Below are positions 34,962 through 43,589 of a stretch of DNA of 64,000 nt, piece after piece. The DNA is from Desulfotomaculaceae bacterium (GTDB taxonomy: Bacteria > Bacillota > Desulfotomaculia > Desulfotomaculales > Pelotomaculaceae), in assembly GCA_041645005.1 (NCBI GenBank), contig JBAZQW010000001.1:26728-90727 (forward strand). Direction: 5' to 3'. The position numbers were made by a program, and so were the translations under genes. Positions within the stretch are counted from its first letter, which is position 1; every line of letters starts with the position of its first letter. The notes under the pieces are model-generated. The model was not told the origin of the DNA and did no database searches. It worked only from the letters and a program-made list of their open reading frames with translations.

Positions 34962-36001
34962 GTCGCCACCTGCTTCCAATTTAATAACGAATCTTTTCTG
35001 ATGTTGCGCCGGGCGGTCCGGCCGATCATTTTTGGCAGATCTTTCGGTTTGATCCCGGTTCCCGGCCGTTTGATGGCTAGCAGTTCCCTGGTCAGCTTAG
35101 TCCCGCCGGGAATATCGCGGGCGGCAACTAGGCTTTTTCGGGTGACTTTTGCGACCGCCCGCTCTGACCGCCGCGGTTCTTTTTTCCCGTTCCCCAGGGC
35201 CGCCTCAACTTGCCGGACCGCCGAAATTAGGGCGGCTAATTCTTTCGGTTCCAGCGAAGCCTGGTGGTCCGGCCCCGGCAGAGTTTTATCGAGCGTAAAG
35301 TGTTTCTCGATGATGGCGGCGCCAAGCGCCACAGCCGCCACGGCAATCCCGATCCCTTCGGTATGATCGGAGTAGCCAACCGGGACATTAAACTCTTTGC
35401 TCATCGTCGCCATCGCCCGCAGATTGACATCAACCGGCCTGGTCGGGTAATTGGAAGTACAGTGCAGCAAGGCCAATTGATAGCTTCCCGCTGATCTCAC
35501 GCACTCAACCGCCGACCGGACCTCCGCCAAAGTCGCCATCCCGGTTGAGAGAAGCAACGGTTTTCGATAAGAAGCGATCTGCCGGAGAAAAGGGAGGTTG
35601 GTCAAGTCACCGGAACTGATCTTGAAAGCCGACAGACCTAAGCGGTTAAGCAGGTCGGCGCTTTCCAGGTCGAACGGCGTCGAGAGGAACATTATCCCCC
35701 GCCGCCGGCAATAGGCGGACAACTTGCGAAAATCAGCGCCGGACAGCTCCAGTTTTTTAAGCATCTCCTGCTGGGAGCCGCCCGCGGTCGTTCTTTTCTG
35801 ATAACCGGCCTTAGGCGCGGTCATCGTCGCCAGCGCCGCCGCCCGGAAGGTCTGGAACTTAACGGCATCGGCCCCGGCCGCTTTGGCCGTGTCGATCAGT
35901 TTTTTGGCCGCGTTAAGGCTCCCGTCATGGTTGACCCCGGCCTCCGCGATGATAAAGACCGGTTGATCGAACCCGATCTTCCGATCGCCGATCTTGATCA
36001 T
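34958..36001 (-). CDS. neuB: Nonulosonic acid synthase (NeuB/LegI family) with C-terminal SAF domain
   Basis: Motifs MIKIGDRKIGFDQPVFIIAEAGVNHDGSL, DAVKFQTF, GYSDHTEG and a C-terminal KRPGTGI SAF-like region. Confidence 0.9.
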   Translation of the reverse strand: MIKIGDRKIGFDQPVFIIAEAGVNHDGSLNAAKKLIDTAKAAGADAVKFQTFRAAALATMTAPKAGYQKRTTAGGSQQEMLKKLELSGADFRKLSAYCRRRGIMFLSTPFDLESADLLNRLGLSAFKISSGDLTNLPFLRQIASYRKPLLLSTGMATLAEVRSAVECVRSAGSYQLALLHCTSNYPTRPVDVNLRAMATMSKEFNVPVGYSDHTEGIGIAVAAVALGAAIIEKHFTLDKTLPGPDHQASLEPKELAALISAVRQVEAALGNGKKEPRRSERAVAKVTRKSLVAARDIPGGTKLTRELLAIKRPGTGIKPKDLPKMIGRTARRNIRKDSLLNWKQVAT

Positions 36002-36014
36002 TTTGACGCCCGAT

Positions 36015-37793
36015 TTAGCTTTCACTTTTGATCAGTTCTCCGATCGTCTCGGGGTTCACCGCCTCGATTATTTGGCCGTCCCGCAGCTCGATAATGCGGT
36101 CCGCGTCCTTAATCGCGCTTTTCCGGTGGGTGACAAAAATGACCGTCTTCCCCTCTTTCCGGACCAGCCGCAAAACCGTCTGCATGACATTTTCTTCCGT
36201 CTGGTGATCGAGCGCGCTGGTCGCTTCGTCCAAAAACAAGATTTCGGGATCGCGCAGAACCGCCCGGGCGATGCTGATCCGCTGTCGCTGGCCGCCGGAG
36301 ATCTTCATCCCGTCGTCCGCCAGGATATAATCCAGGCCGCCCGGCAGGGATTCGGTAAACTCCAGCATGTCCGCCTTGGCCAGCGCTTTTTTGATCGCCC
36401 CGTCGTCAAATTCTTTCCGGCCAAAAAGAATGTTGGCGCGGATCGTGTCGTTGAACAAGAAAGTCTCCTGCCCGACGTAGCCGATATGTTCGCTAAGGGA
36501 GCGGGCCGAATATGACTGGAGATCTTTCCCTTCCACCAAGATCTTACCGGCGGTAGGGCTTAATAAGCCGGCCAGCAGATCAAGTAAAGTGGTCTTGCCG
36601 GAACCTGAAGGGCCGATTATCCCGATAAATTCTCCGCGCGCGATAGAACAATTAAGGCTTTTAACCGCGGGTTTCTTGGAATTAACGTAAGAGAAAGTCA
36701 GATCTTTCAAATCAATGCTGGTTGAAAATTTGTCCAGCCGCTCGATCCCATCAAAAGGCTTCCTTTGCTCCGCTTCCTGGATCGCAATATAAGCCGCCTC
36801 CGCGTTCGGCAGCATCCCCATCAAGGTCATGCCGTATGTGCTCAATTGCTTTAAAGAAGGCATGATCTTTAAAAGAGAATAAGCAAAAACGCCCAACATC
36901 GGAATACTGCCGATGATCCCGCCCTTAGTGCCGGAATAATATAGGACCATGACGCACAAAAAAGAAATGTAAACCAACTCCAGCAGGCTGCTGGGAATGC
37001 TGCCGATCAGTGTATCTTTTAGCGCGTATTGATAAAATTTCCTGACCTCTTTGCTGAACAATTCCACCCAATGCCCAACGGCGCCGTGCAATCTGATGCT
37101 TTTGATCCCTTTTAAGGCGTTCATGGCGTGGATCGTTTGGTTCGAAGCGCTGATCGCCCGGCCGCTGCCGGTGCCATAGGAGACATTTTGCGCGACACTT
37201 TTTGTGATCAAATAATAAACGTAAGAAGTGACCAATAAGATGCCCGTAATCAGCGGGGAAACCACGAAAAGAACAGCCATCATCATAAGTATTTTTAATA
37301 ATTCCACGAGCATCAGGGGTATTGTGTTAACAACTTTGCTGACGTAGCCAGGGGCGGTTAAAAGACGGAAAGCCAGATCACCCTTTTCGGTGTTCACCAA
37401 AAACTGATAATCGGCTGTCAGCAAAGCGGACATCATCTTGATCTGTGTTTCTTGGAAGATATTATTGGCCACAACCCAGGCCAACAATGAATTGCCGTAA
37501 TTTAAGGCGATTTTAATAATGGTCACGGCCAAGAGAAAAATGATCGTTACGTATAAGGGGGTTAAGGAAGAATGGGCGGTCGCCCAAGCTATCGCGGCAT
37601 CCACATATTTATTGCTCCCCCCCTCCACCGCAGAAGCCGGCATAATGACCAACAAGACCGGATAGATCGCGACGGCCGAAAGACTCTCAAAAAAAGCGGC
37701 AAAAAAGCTCAGGATTGCGACAACCGTCAACACTTTCCATTTCTTGGCCATGAAATATTTTAGGGTCTCTACCGATCTGCCGGTGATTTCCAA
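36015..37793 (-). CDS. ABC exporter, fused permease + ATPase (MsbA/PglK-like half-transporter)
   Basis: Walker A is GPSGSGKTT, the signature is SGGQRQRISIARA and Walker B is ILFLDEATSALD. The N-terminal 300 aa are hydrophobic. TTG start with AGGAG 6 nt upstream. Confidence 0.85.
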   Translation of the reverse strand: MEITGRSVETLKYFMAKKWKVLTVVAILSFFAAFFESLSAVAIYPVLLVIMPASAVEGGSNKYVDAAIAWATAHSSLTPLYVTIIFLLAVTIIKIALNYGNSLLAWVVANNIFQETQIKMMSALLTADYQFLVNTEKGDLAFRLLTAPGYVSKVVNTIPLMLVELLKILMMMAVLFVVSPLITGILLVTSYVYYLITKSVAQNVSYGTGSGRAISASNQTIHAMNALKGIKSIRLHGAVGHWVELFSKEVRKFYQYALKDTLIGSIPSSLLELVYISFLCVMVLYYSGTKGGIIGSIPMLGVFAYSLLKIMPSLKQLSTYGMTLMGMLPNAEAAYIAIQEAEQRKPFDGIERLDKFSTSIDLKDLTFSYVNSKKPAVKSLNCSIARGEFIGIIGPSGSGKTTLLDLLAGLLSPTAGKILVEGKDLQSYSARSLSEHIGYVGQETFLFNDTIRANILFGRKEFDDGAIKKALAKADMLEFTESLPGGLDYILADDGMKISGGQRQRISIARAVLRDPEILFLDEATSALDHQTEENVMQTVLRLVRKEGKTVIFVTHRKSAIKDADRIIELRDGQIIEAVNPETIGELIKSES

Positions 37794-37840
37794 TTGATTC
37801 TCCTAAAAAAATAATTGAGGTTGACGCTAAGCATTTCCGG

Positions 37841-38074
37841 TCATTTTTTCTTCTCTAATTCCAGGATCACTTTCTTGTAGGCCCGTTTCACTTTTTCCGG
37901 CAAGGTCGGGCTTAACACGCGGAGGATCTCCCGGCCCATCACCCGGTATTGCCCGCCGATCTTGGCTACCCGAAGCACTCCCTGCCTGATCAGGCGGCGA
38001 AAAGTGGAATCGGAGATCTTTAAAATAGAGATAGTTTCTTGCGGCGTATAGACACTATTTTCATCAACAACCAT
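37841..38074 (-). CDS. Small helix-turn-helix DNA-binding protein (excisionase/MerR-like HTH_17 type)
   Basis: 77 aa. YTPQETISILKISDSTFRRLIRQGVLRVAKIGGQYRV matches the excisionase-family HTH pattern. Confidence 0.7.
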   Translation of the reverse strand: MVVDENSVYTPQETISILKISDSTFRRLIRQGVLRVAKIGGQYRVMGREILRVLSPTLPEKVKRAYKKVILELEKKK

Positions 38075-38141
38075 AATATATTAAGTATAGCAAATAAGCA
38101 GAGTTTGTCAAGAGGTCAAATATCTAGTCAAAACTTGTCAA
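38075..38141 (-). promoter_or_regulatory. Sigma70-like promoter with extended -10 and an array of TTGAC(A) motifs directly upstream of the HTH gene; likely leaderless or near-leaderless
   Basis: Minus-strand reading: TTGACAAgttTTGACTagataTTTGACCtcTTGACAaactctgcttattTGcTATACTtaatatattATG. The -35 TTGACA is at 38111..38106, followed by a 16-nt spacer and TGn + TATACT at 38089..38084. Only 9 nt separate the -10 from the ATG, and there is no Shine-Dalgarno. Identical heptamers TTGACAA (palindromic TTGnCAA) lie at 38105..38111 and 38135..38141, 30 bp apart. Confidence 0.5.
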
Positions 38142-39170
38142 TTGGTGTTTTTCGGCCAAAGTTATTAATTCCTTTGCCAGTATTTCCGGAACAGGAATCC
38201 CCTTCAAGGAGCGCTCCGCAAAACAGCGCTTTTCCGGATCACCCGGAGCCATGACCGGAAAATTCTTGTCCTTCGCCGGTTCCCGGCGGAGTTCATCCAT
38301 CATTGTTTTTAGCCGCTTTTTGAAGACTTTCGGCTCCTCAAAAGCATCGATCCTGATCGCCATAAAAAAGTGACCCAGCCGTCGTTTATCACTTAGCGGC
38401 GTGCCGAACATCCGGCTGACGTTTTGGCCATAGGGAGCGCCGGTCAAAAGGCCGCAGAGGATCTCGACCATCATGCTCAAGCCGAACCCTTTATACCCGC
38501 CGATCGGCAGGAGACTGCTTAGTTTGTTCGGATCAGTTGTCTCGTCACCATTTTCATCCACTCCCCAGCCGGGCGGCATTTGCTTTCCTTGTTCCTTATA
38601 TTGCTGGACCTTATTGAAGTTTGTTACTGTTGTCGCCATGTCCAGACAAAACGGCTCTTCCCCCTCGCACGGCGCGACCAGGCAGATCGGATTATTCCCC
38701 AGGAACGGCCGCAAGCCGCCGTAAGGAAGGACATGGGCGGTCGCGTGGGTAAAACTTAAGCCGATCATCTCTTCCCGGGCCGCCAGGTGGGCATAATAGG
38801 CCGCCGCGCCAAAATGGCTGGAATTGTGGACGGCGACCGCGCCGATCCCGTTCGTCCGGGCGATCCCAATCGCTTTCAACATTCCTTCGGCCCCGGCCGC
38901 GTGGCCGGGGGCATGATCGCCGTCAAGTTTGCCGGTTGAAGGGGCGGTCAGTTTAAAATCATATTTCGGCTCTCTGTTCAACCGGCCGTGGATAAAGCCT
39001 TGCAGATAATGAGGGAACAATCTGATCCCATGAGAATCGACCCCCCGCAAGGAAGCCTGGACTATCCCTTCAACTAAAAACCCGGCAACATCAGCCCGGA
39101 CATTTTCTTTCGCTAAAATGCTCAAAAACAATTCTTTAATTTTTTTATCGGGAACCAGTCTTTCTTTCAT
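38124..39170 (-). CDS. Ldh_2-family (malate/L-lactate/sulfolactate dehydrogenase type 2) oxidoreductase
   Basis: Motifs GVDSHGIRLFPHYL and NSSHFGAAAYYA. Start moved to ATG 39170 (ATGA overlap). Confidence 0.75.
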   Translation of the reverse strand: MKERLVPDKKIKELFLSILAKENVRADVAGFLVEGIVQASLRGVDSHGIRLFPHYLQGFIHGRLNREPKYDFKLTAPSTGKLDGDHAPGHAAGAEGMLKAIGIARTNGIGAVAVHNSSHFGAAAYYAHLAAREEMIGLSFTHATAHVLPYGGLRPFLGNNPICLVAPCEGEEPFCLDMATTVTNFNKVQQYKEQGKQMPPGWGVDENGDETTDPNKLSSLLPIGGYKGFGLSMMVEILCGLLTGAPYGQNVSRMFGTPLSDKRRLGHFFMAIRIDAFEEPKVFKKRLKTMMDELRREPAKDKNFPVMAPGDPEKRCFAERSLKGIPVPEILAKELITLAEKHQLTSFD

Positions 39171-40534
39171 TGGTTTTTCCTTTCCGACCAATTTTTTACC
39201 AACTGTTCGGCCAACCGCAACCCTGCCTCATCCCGGACCTCGAGCGGAGCATAGGGGTCATTGACTTCAACAATACCGACCTTTTCTCCCAGGAGCCGCC
39301 CTTCTCTTAAAAACAGCGGATGGGTCGCGCAGGCCAGACCTTTGATGCTGATATAGACGGGCTCCTTGAATTTTCTCGGAACAAAACCGGCATCAACCTG
39401 CTTCAAACCATCAGCTTCCTTGACCCAACAGGAACCAAATTCCGTTCTGGCCGCGACCACGCTGTCCAACCCCTCTTTAACCAACCGCATGATCAACTGG
39501 TCAAGAAACCCTTTGGGACGGAAAGGGAAAGTGACCTCTAAGGTGACAATAATATCCGCCATTATCCCCTTGTTCTCCATGGCCATGACCGCGTGTTGAA
39601 AAACGCTTTCGAGGCCCACATGCTCCGCGGAGAGGGAGCTGTCCCTCATAAAGGGGACGCTGGCGCCTAATTTCTTCGCCAGGTCGGCGTGTTCTTCTGA
39701 ATCGGTGTACACGATTGTCTGTTTGACAAATTGGGACTCTTTAGCGCTGTTAACCGTGTATTCCAGCAATGGCCGGCCTCCCAGTGAAAAACTTTCACCT
39801 TTGACCGGGACCAAGGCAACAATATTAAGGTCTTTGAGTTGCAGGTGATTGAAGCGGCGGCCATCCTCGCCATTTAGATTCTCGATGATCTTGACCACGT
39901 TGGTACAACGTTCTTTGTTCTGGTTCTGGTGGATCCCATGCCAATGATAGACACTCGCTTCCGGCTCATAGATGATCTTATAGCCGGCTTTGAGGATATC
40001 CCTCGCCCAAAGCCGATCTTCAATATTGGAAATCTTCTCATCGAACGGTATTTTTTCCCAGATATCCCGGCGGATCATGCTGTTAGCGTTGTGGAAAAAA
40101 CTGTCTTTGAGCTGAACCTTCTTGTCCAGACCGAAAACCGTTATCAGGTCGCGCTTATCGGTGTCTGGGGTAAAAGACATCGGCTCCTGCCGCCCGTAAA
40201 CTCCGGCCACTGTATCGTCGCTAAAGTTGCGGAGGAGGTTCCCCAGCCAGCGGCTGTCGACCGGGATGCAATGGGCGGAGAGGCAGACGATATAGTTGCC
40301 GCTCGAATTTTTTATCCCGATATTGATCGCCTTGCCCGGCAGGAAGTCGTCGATCGAGACGATTTTGACCGGGAAGGCCTGGGCTTTTTTAACGGTCTGA
40401 TCACTGCTCTTATTGTCGACCAGGATCACCTCGAAGTCCTGATAATCCTGCTTGAAGACCGCCTGCAGGCAGGCGCCGATCCATTTTTCCTCGTTATAGG
40501 AACGGATAATTATCGAAATATTTTTGTTGTTCAT
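39167..40534 (-). CDS. Fusion protein: N-terminal GT2 (paralogue of the GT2 domain at 15188..17071) plus C-terminal NeuA-like cytidylyltransferase domain
   Basis: The N-half reads ISIIIRSYNEEKWIGACLQAVFKQDYQDFEVILVDNKSSDQT...YGRQ. The C-half reads NIVALVPVKGES...GRPLLEYTVNSAKES...VYTDSEEHADLAKKLGASVPFMRDSSLS. Start moved to ATG 40534 (ATGA overlap). Confidence 0.7.
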   Translation of the reverse strand: MNNKNISIIIRSYNEEKWIGACLQAVFKQDYQDFEVILVDNKSSDQTVKKAQAFPVKIVSIDDFLPGKAINIGIKNSSGNYIVCLSAHCIPVDSRWLGNLLRNFSDDTVAGVYGRQEPMSFTPDTDKRDLITVFGLDKKVQLKDSFFHNANSMIRRDIWEKIPFDEKISNIEDRLWARDILKAGYKIIYEPEASVYHWHGIHQNQNKERCTNVVKIIENLNGEDGRRFNHLQLKDLNIVALVPVKGESFSLGGRPLLEYTVNSAKESQFVKQTIVYTDSEEHADLAKKLGASVPFMRDSSLSAEHVGLESVFQHAVMAMENKGIMADIIVTLEVTFPFRPKGFLDQLIMRLVKEGLDSVVAARTEFGSCWVKEADGLKQVDAGFVPRKFKEPVYISIKGLACATHPLFLREGRLLGEKVGIVEVNDPYAPLEVRDEAGLRLAEQLVKNWSERKNQ

Positions 40535-41535
40535 AACAGCCCCTTTTCCTTTAATGATTTTGACAAAACTTCGGAAAAAAGGCAACAACCCAACTCGGTA
40601 AAATGCATTTTATCCAAAAAATACTTTTCGTTGAACGGCAATGCTCCATTTAGATCGACAAAGAACGAATGAGGGTGCTTTGCCACAACCAACTTCATTA
40701 TCACATGCAGTTTCCTCATGTATGCATAATATGGCCCACCCTGGATAATTTCCGGAACGAAAACTACTTTTGCCCCCAATATATTGCCAACGTTACAGAT
40801 GCCTTCATAACGCATCTCAATAGCCGCTTCATAATCGCGGTTGCAGCGAGCCAAACCTTTTTCTGGGAAGGTCACCTTGTTGCCGTAAACTGAAGTTAGT
40901 CCGCCATTCGCCTGCCAGCAGCGCCTTGAGTCGAATACTCCCCGCTTGAAGACCGCGCTTGAGAACTGACCCATCAAATTGGCATAATCAGGAAAAGCCC
41001 ACTCTTCCGAAGGTTCCCCATTATAAAGCGGCGTCAGGTCATTCTTCGACTGATAGACAATTATAAGATTCGGCTTAAGCAGAGGCGCCCAGCTGATCAG
41101 CCTGGTCAAACTTTGGAGCGTATTCCAGCCACCGACACCCGCATTGGCAACAACACAATCATTAGATATTGCCAGCCGGCTTGGCCATGGGCTGTTTAAT
41201 TCATACAGGCCTGTGCAATAAGTTGTGCTGCCACCAAAGCAATATATTTTCTGTTTTCCGGCGGCCACCGCAAAAGATTTGATGACCGAGTCAGCCTCAT
41301 CAGTTTTCCTGAACCCTTCGACCGTATGCAGTTTCATTCCCGACCTGTTCTCATAGCCAGGGTTCAAGGCCCAATTTGTCATCGGATGGGGAGCGTAAAT
41401 ATAATGTTTGCCGATACCAGATTGGTCATGGCCGGAATAAACGATCAATTTCTTGAGGTTAGGCGCCCGCAAGAGCCTGATCTCTCTTTTCACGACCGAA
41501 ACAAACCAACTAAGCCAACGGATAAATGTCTTCAT
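40531..41535 (-). CDS. SGNH/GDSL-like hydrolase or O-acyltransferase-like protein
   Basis: Blocks occur in the correct order: IYCFGGSTT (block I Ser), NAGVGGWNT (II), YQSKNDL (III) and DKMHFTELG (V, DxxH). GGAGGA lies 7 nt upstream of ATG 41535. Confidence 0.5.
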   Translation of the reverse strand: MKTFIRWLSWFVSVVKREIRLLRAPNLKKLIVYSGHDQSGIGKHYIYAPHPMTNWALNPGYENRSGMKLHTVEGFRKTDEADSVIKSFAVAAGKQKIYCFGGSTTYCTGLYELNSPWPSRLAISNDCVVANAGVGGWNTLQSLTRLISWAPLLKPNLIIVYQSKNDLTPLYNGEPSEEWAFPDYANLMGQFSSAVFKRGVFDSRRCWQANGGLTSVYGNKVTFPEKGLARCNRDYEAAIEMRYEGICNVGNILGAKVVFVPEIIQGGPYYAYMRKLHVIMKLVVAKHPHSFFVDLNGALPFNEKYFLDKMHFTELGCCLFSEVLSKSLKEKGLL

Positions 41536-41762
41536 CGACAGCTCCTCCGGTTTCGATCAAAACGTTCTTATCGCTTATTCTCGGCCTGGTTAGCCTGAAC
41601 GTGTCTTTATCAAAGGGCTCTTTCCAACCGGAAGCAAAGAGCTTATTCCGCTGCTGCCGTGAAATAAGACTGATGATCCCGGCTAAACCCAACCACCAAA
41701 GCAAGCCGGCCCTTCCCCATTTAGCATGAACCTGCTCCGCTTTTACCCCCAGGAACGATTTG

Positions 41763-43589
41763 TTAATCAAATGACAATCCTGCCTTGAATTCACTTTCGA
41801 TCAATTGCTTTTTCTGCTTTTGTTTGTCTAAAATGAACCGTTCCAAGACCAAATAATCCATCTCGGTGTTCATAAAACAACGCAAAGCATCGATTGGCGC
41901 GCCAACGATCGGCTCGCCGCGGACATTAAAAGAGGTATTGACCATAACAGGACACCCGGTCTTTCCCTTAAATGCCTCCAAAAGTCTATGCAAATATGGC
42001 CCCCTTTGCCTGTCGACTGTTTGGACCCTAGCCGAACAATCAACATGGGTCACTGCCGGGATTATCGACCTGACTTTGTTTATTGAGCCGATACCGGATC
42101 GGTCATTATCATATCCAGGAACCAGCTTTGCCGCAGCCACCTGAGCCGTAATAAGCATATAAGGGCTTTCTGTCTTGATCTCAAACCACTCTGCCGCTTC
42201 TTCCGCCAGAACAACCGGGGCAAACGGTCGAAATGATTCCCGGTATTTTATCTTCAAATTCATCTTTTTTTGCATGTCAGGATCGCGCGCGTCGCCGATT
42301 ATGCTCCGGGCACCCAGCGCCCGCGGTCCAAATTCCATCTTTCCTTGGAAGATGCCGATCACCTTGCCGCCAGCAATTAAATTGCAGAGGCGAGCCGGCA
42401 ATTCACTTTCGCCGACTTCATCATAAACAAAACCGTGCAGATCAAGAATTTTTTTGATCGTTTCTCCGGAAAAAGCCGGCCCCAAAAATGATCCCTTCTG
42501 CGAGTCATTTTTCCCATCGGCCTTTCGTTCTCTGCCAAACAGATTATAATGAGCCAACAGGGCGGCGCCTAGCGCTCCTCCGGCATCGCCGGCAGCGGGC
42601 TGTATCCATAGATCCTCAACAATATCAGATTTCAATAATTTACCATTAACAACACAATTCAAGGCAACACCACCAGCCATGGCCACTTTTTTCTGCCCGG
42701 TAAGCCTGACCGCCTGCCTGACGATCTTTCCCATTATCTCTTCAACCACTTTTTGAATCGAACTCGCAACATCGGCATCCCGTTCCGTCAGCGGCCCTTC
42801 CGGCCGTCTCTCAGGCGCGTTAAACAACCGCTGGAAATTTCGGCTGATCATCCTTCGTCCGGTCATAAAATCAAAATATTCCGTATTCAGCTTTATCGAA
42901 CCATCATCATTTATCTCAACCAATTTGTCTTTGATCAAATTGGCGTATTTTGGCGTGCCATACGGGGCGAGTCCCATCACCTTATATTCACCGGAGTTCA
43001 CCTTAAAACCCAGGAATTGGGTAAAGGCACTATAAAGAAGGCCGACGGAATGGGGGAAACGCTGTTCTTTGAGCAGTTCTATCTTAGCCCCTTCGCCCAG
43101 GCCAATGCTTGAGCAAGACCATTCACCCATCGCATCTACCACAATGATAGCCGCTTTCTCGAATGGTGACGGGTAAAAGGCCGAAGCAGCATGGCTGAGA
43201 TGGTGACGGGAAACAAAAATCTCGCCCTTGAAAGCCGGCAGCTTAGTGGCGATGATCTCTTCGAGAAAATATTTCCTGGCCAGGAAATCACGAACTTTCC
43301 CCGCATTAGCTTTAACTCTTAACGGTGCGAAAGCGGTCAGCGTTTCAATTAACCGATCCAGTTTAAGTTGTGGTTCATCATAAAAGGCAATTGTATCGAT
43401 CTCTGCCGCTCCCACGCCTCGTTGTTCAAAACAAAAATTAATGGCGTTCACCGGGAAGGAACTGTCAAATTTAGTTCGGGTAAAGCGCTCTTCCTGGACG
43501 GCCGAGATTATTTCACCGTCTTCAACAAGCACCGCCGCTGAATCATGAAAAAACGCCGATATCCCTAGGACTAATGGTTTTTTATTCAT
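41763..43589 (-). CDS. NodU/CmcH-family carbamoyltransferase
   Basis: 608 aa. The N-terminus LGISAFFHDSAAVLVEDGEIISAVQEERFTRTKFDSSFP is characteristic. Confidence 0.85.
   Translation of the reverse strand: MNKKPLVLGISAFFHDSAAVLVEDGEIISAVQEERFTRTKFDSSFPVNAINFCFEQRGVGAAEIDTIAFYDEPQLKLDRLIETLTAFAPLRVKANAGKVRDFLARKYFLEEIIATKLPAFKGEIFVSRHHLSHAASAFYPSPFEKAAIIVVDAMGEWSCSSIGLGEGAKIELLKEQRFPHSVGLLYSAFTQFLGFKVNSGEYKVMGLAPYGTPKYANLIKDKLVEINDDGSIKLNTEYFDFMTGRRMISRNFQRLFNAPERRPEGPLTERDADVASSIQKVVEEIMGKIVRQAVRLTGQKKVAMAGGVALNCVVNGKLLKSDIVEDLWIQPAAGDAGGALGAALLAHYNLFGRERKADGKNDSQKGSFLGPAFSGETIKKILDLHGFVYDEVGESELPARLCNLIAGGKVIGIFQGKMEFGPRALGARSIIGDARDPDMQKKMNLKIKYRESFRPFAPVVLAEEAAEWFEIKTESPYMLITAQVAAAKLVPGYDNDRSGIGSINKVRSIIPAVTHVDCSARVQTVDRQRGPYLHRLLEAFKGKTGCPVMVNTSFNVRGEPIVGAPIDALRCFMNTEMDYLVLERFILDKQKQKKQLIESEFKAGLSFD

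Noticed and set aside
37794-37840. T-rich tract (ATTATTTTTTT) after the HTH gene as a rho-independent terminator
   Set aside because: I could find no GC-rich stem preceding the T run. The tract leads directly into the AGGAG SD and TTG start of the ABC transporter.
37841-38074. Excisionase-family HTH as a sign of a prophage or integrative element
   Set aside because: There is no integrase, recombinase, att-like direct repeats, tRNA or phage genes anywhere in the window. The flanks are ordinary glycan genes on the same strand. It is treated as a regulator instead.
39929-40672. 247-aa plus-strand ORF, the longest of many plus-strand ORFs. Others include 14415..15041, 18077..18742, 34785..35366, 35994..36515, 49079..49588 and 176..655.
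   Set aside because: All lie antisense to minus-strand ORFs with clear enzyme motifs. Their translations are low-complexity and rich in R, P, G and D, with no recognisable motifs and no SD. They are typical shadow ORFs of a moderately GC-rich coding strand.
41510-41794. 94-aa minus-strand ORF from the track, spanning the 227-nt gap
   Set aside because: As drawn it overlaps the 3' end of the carbamoyltransferase gene and the 5' end of the SGNH gene. No ATG or GTG lies just after the upstream stop. Only a shorter TTG-initiated version is conceivable, and that is kept as a low-interest finding.
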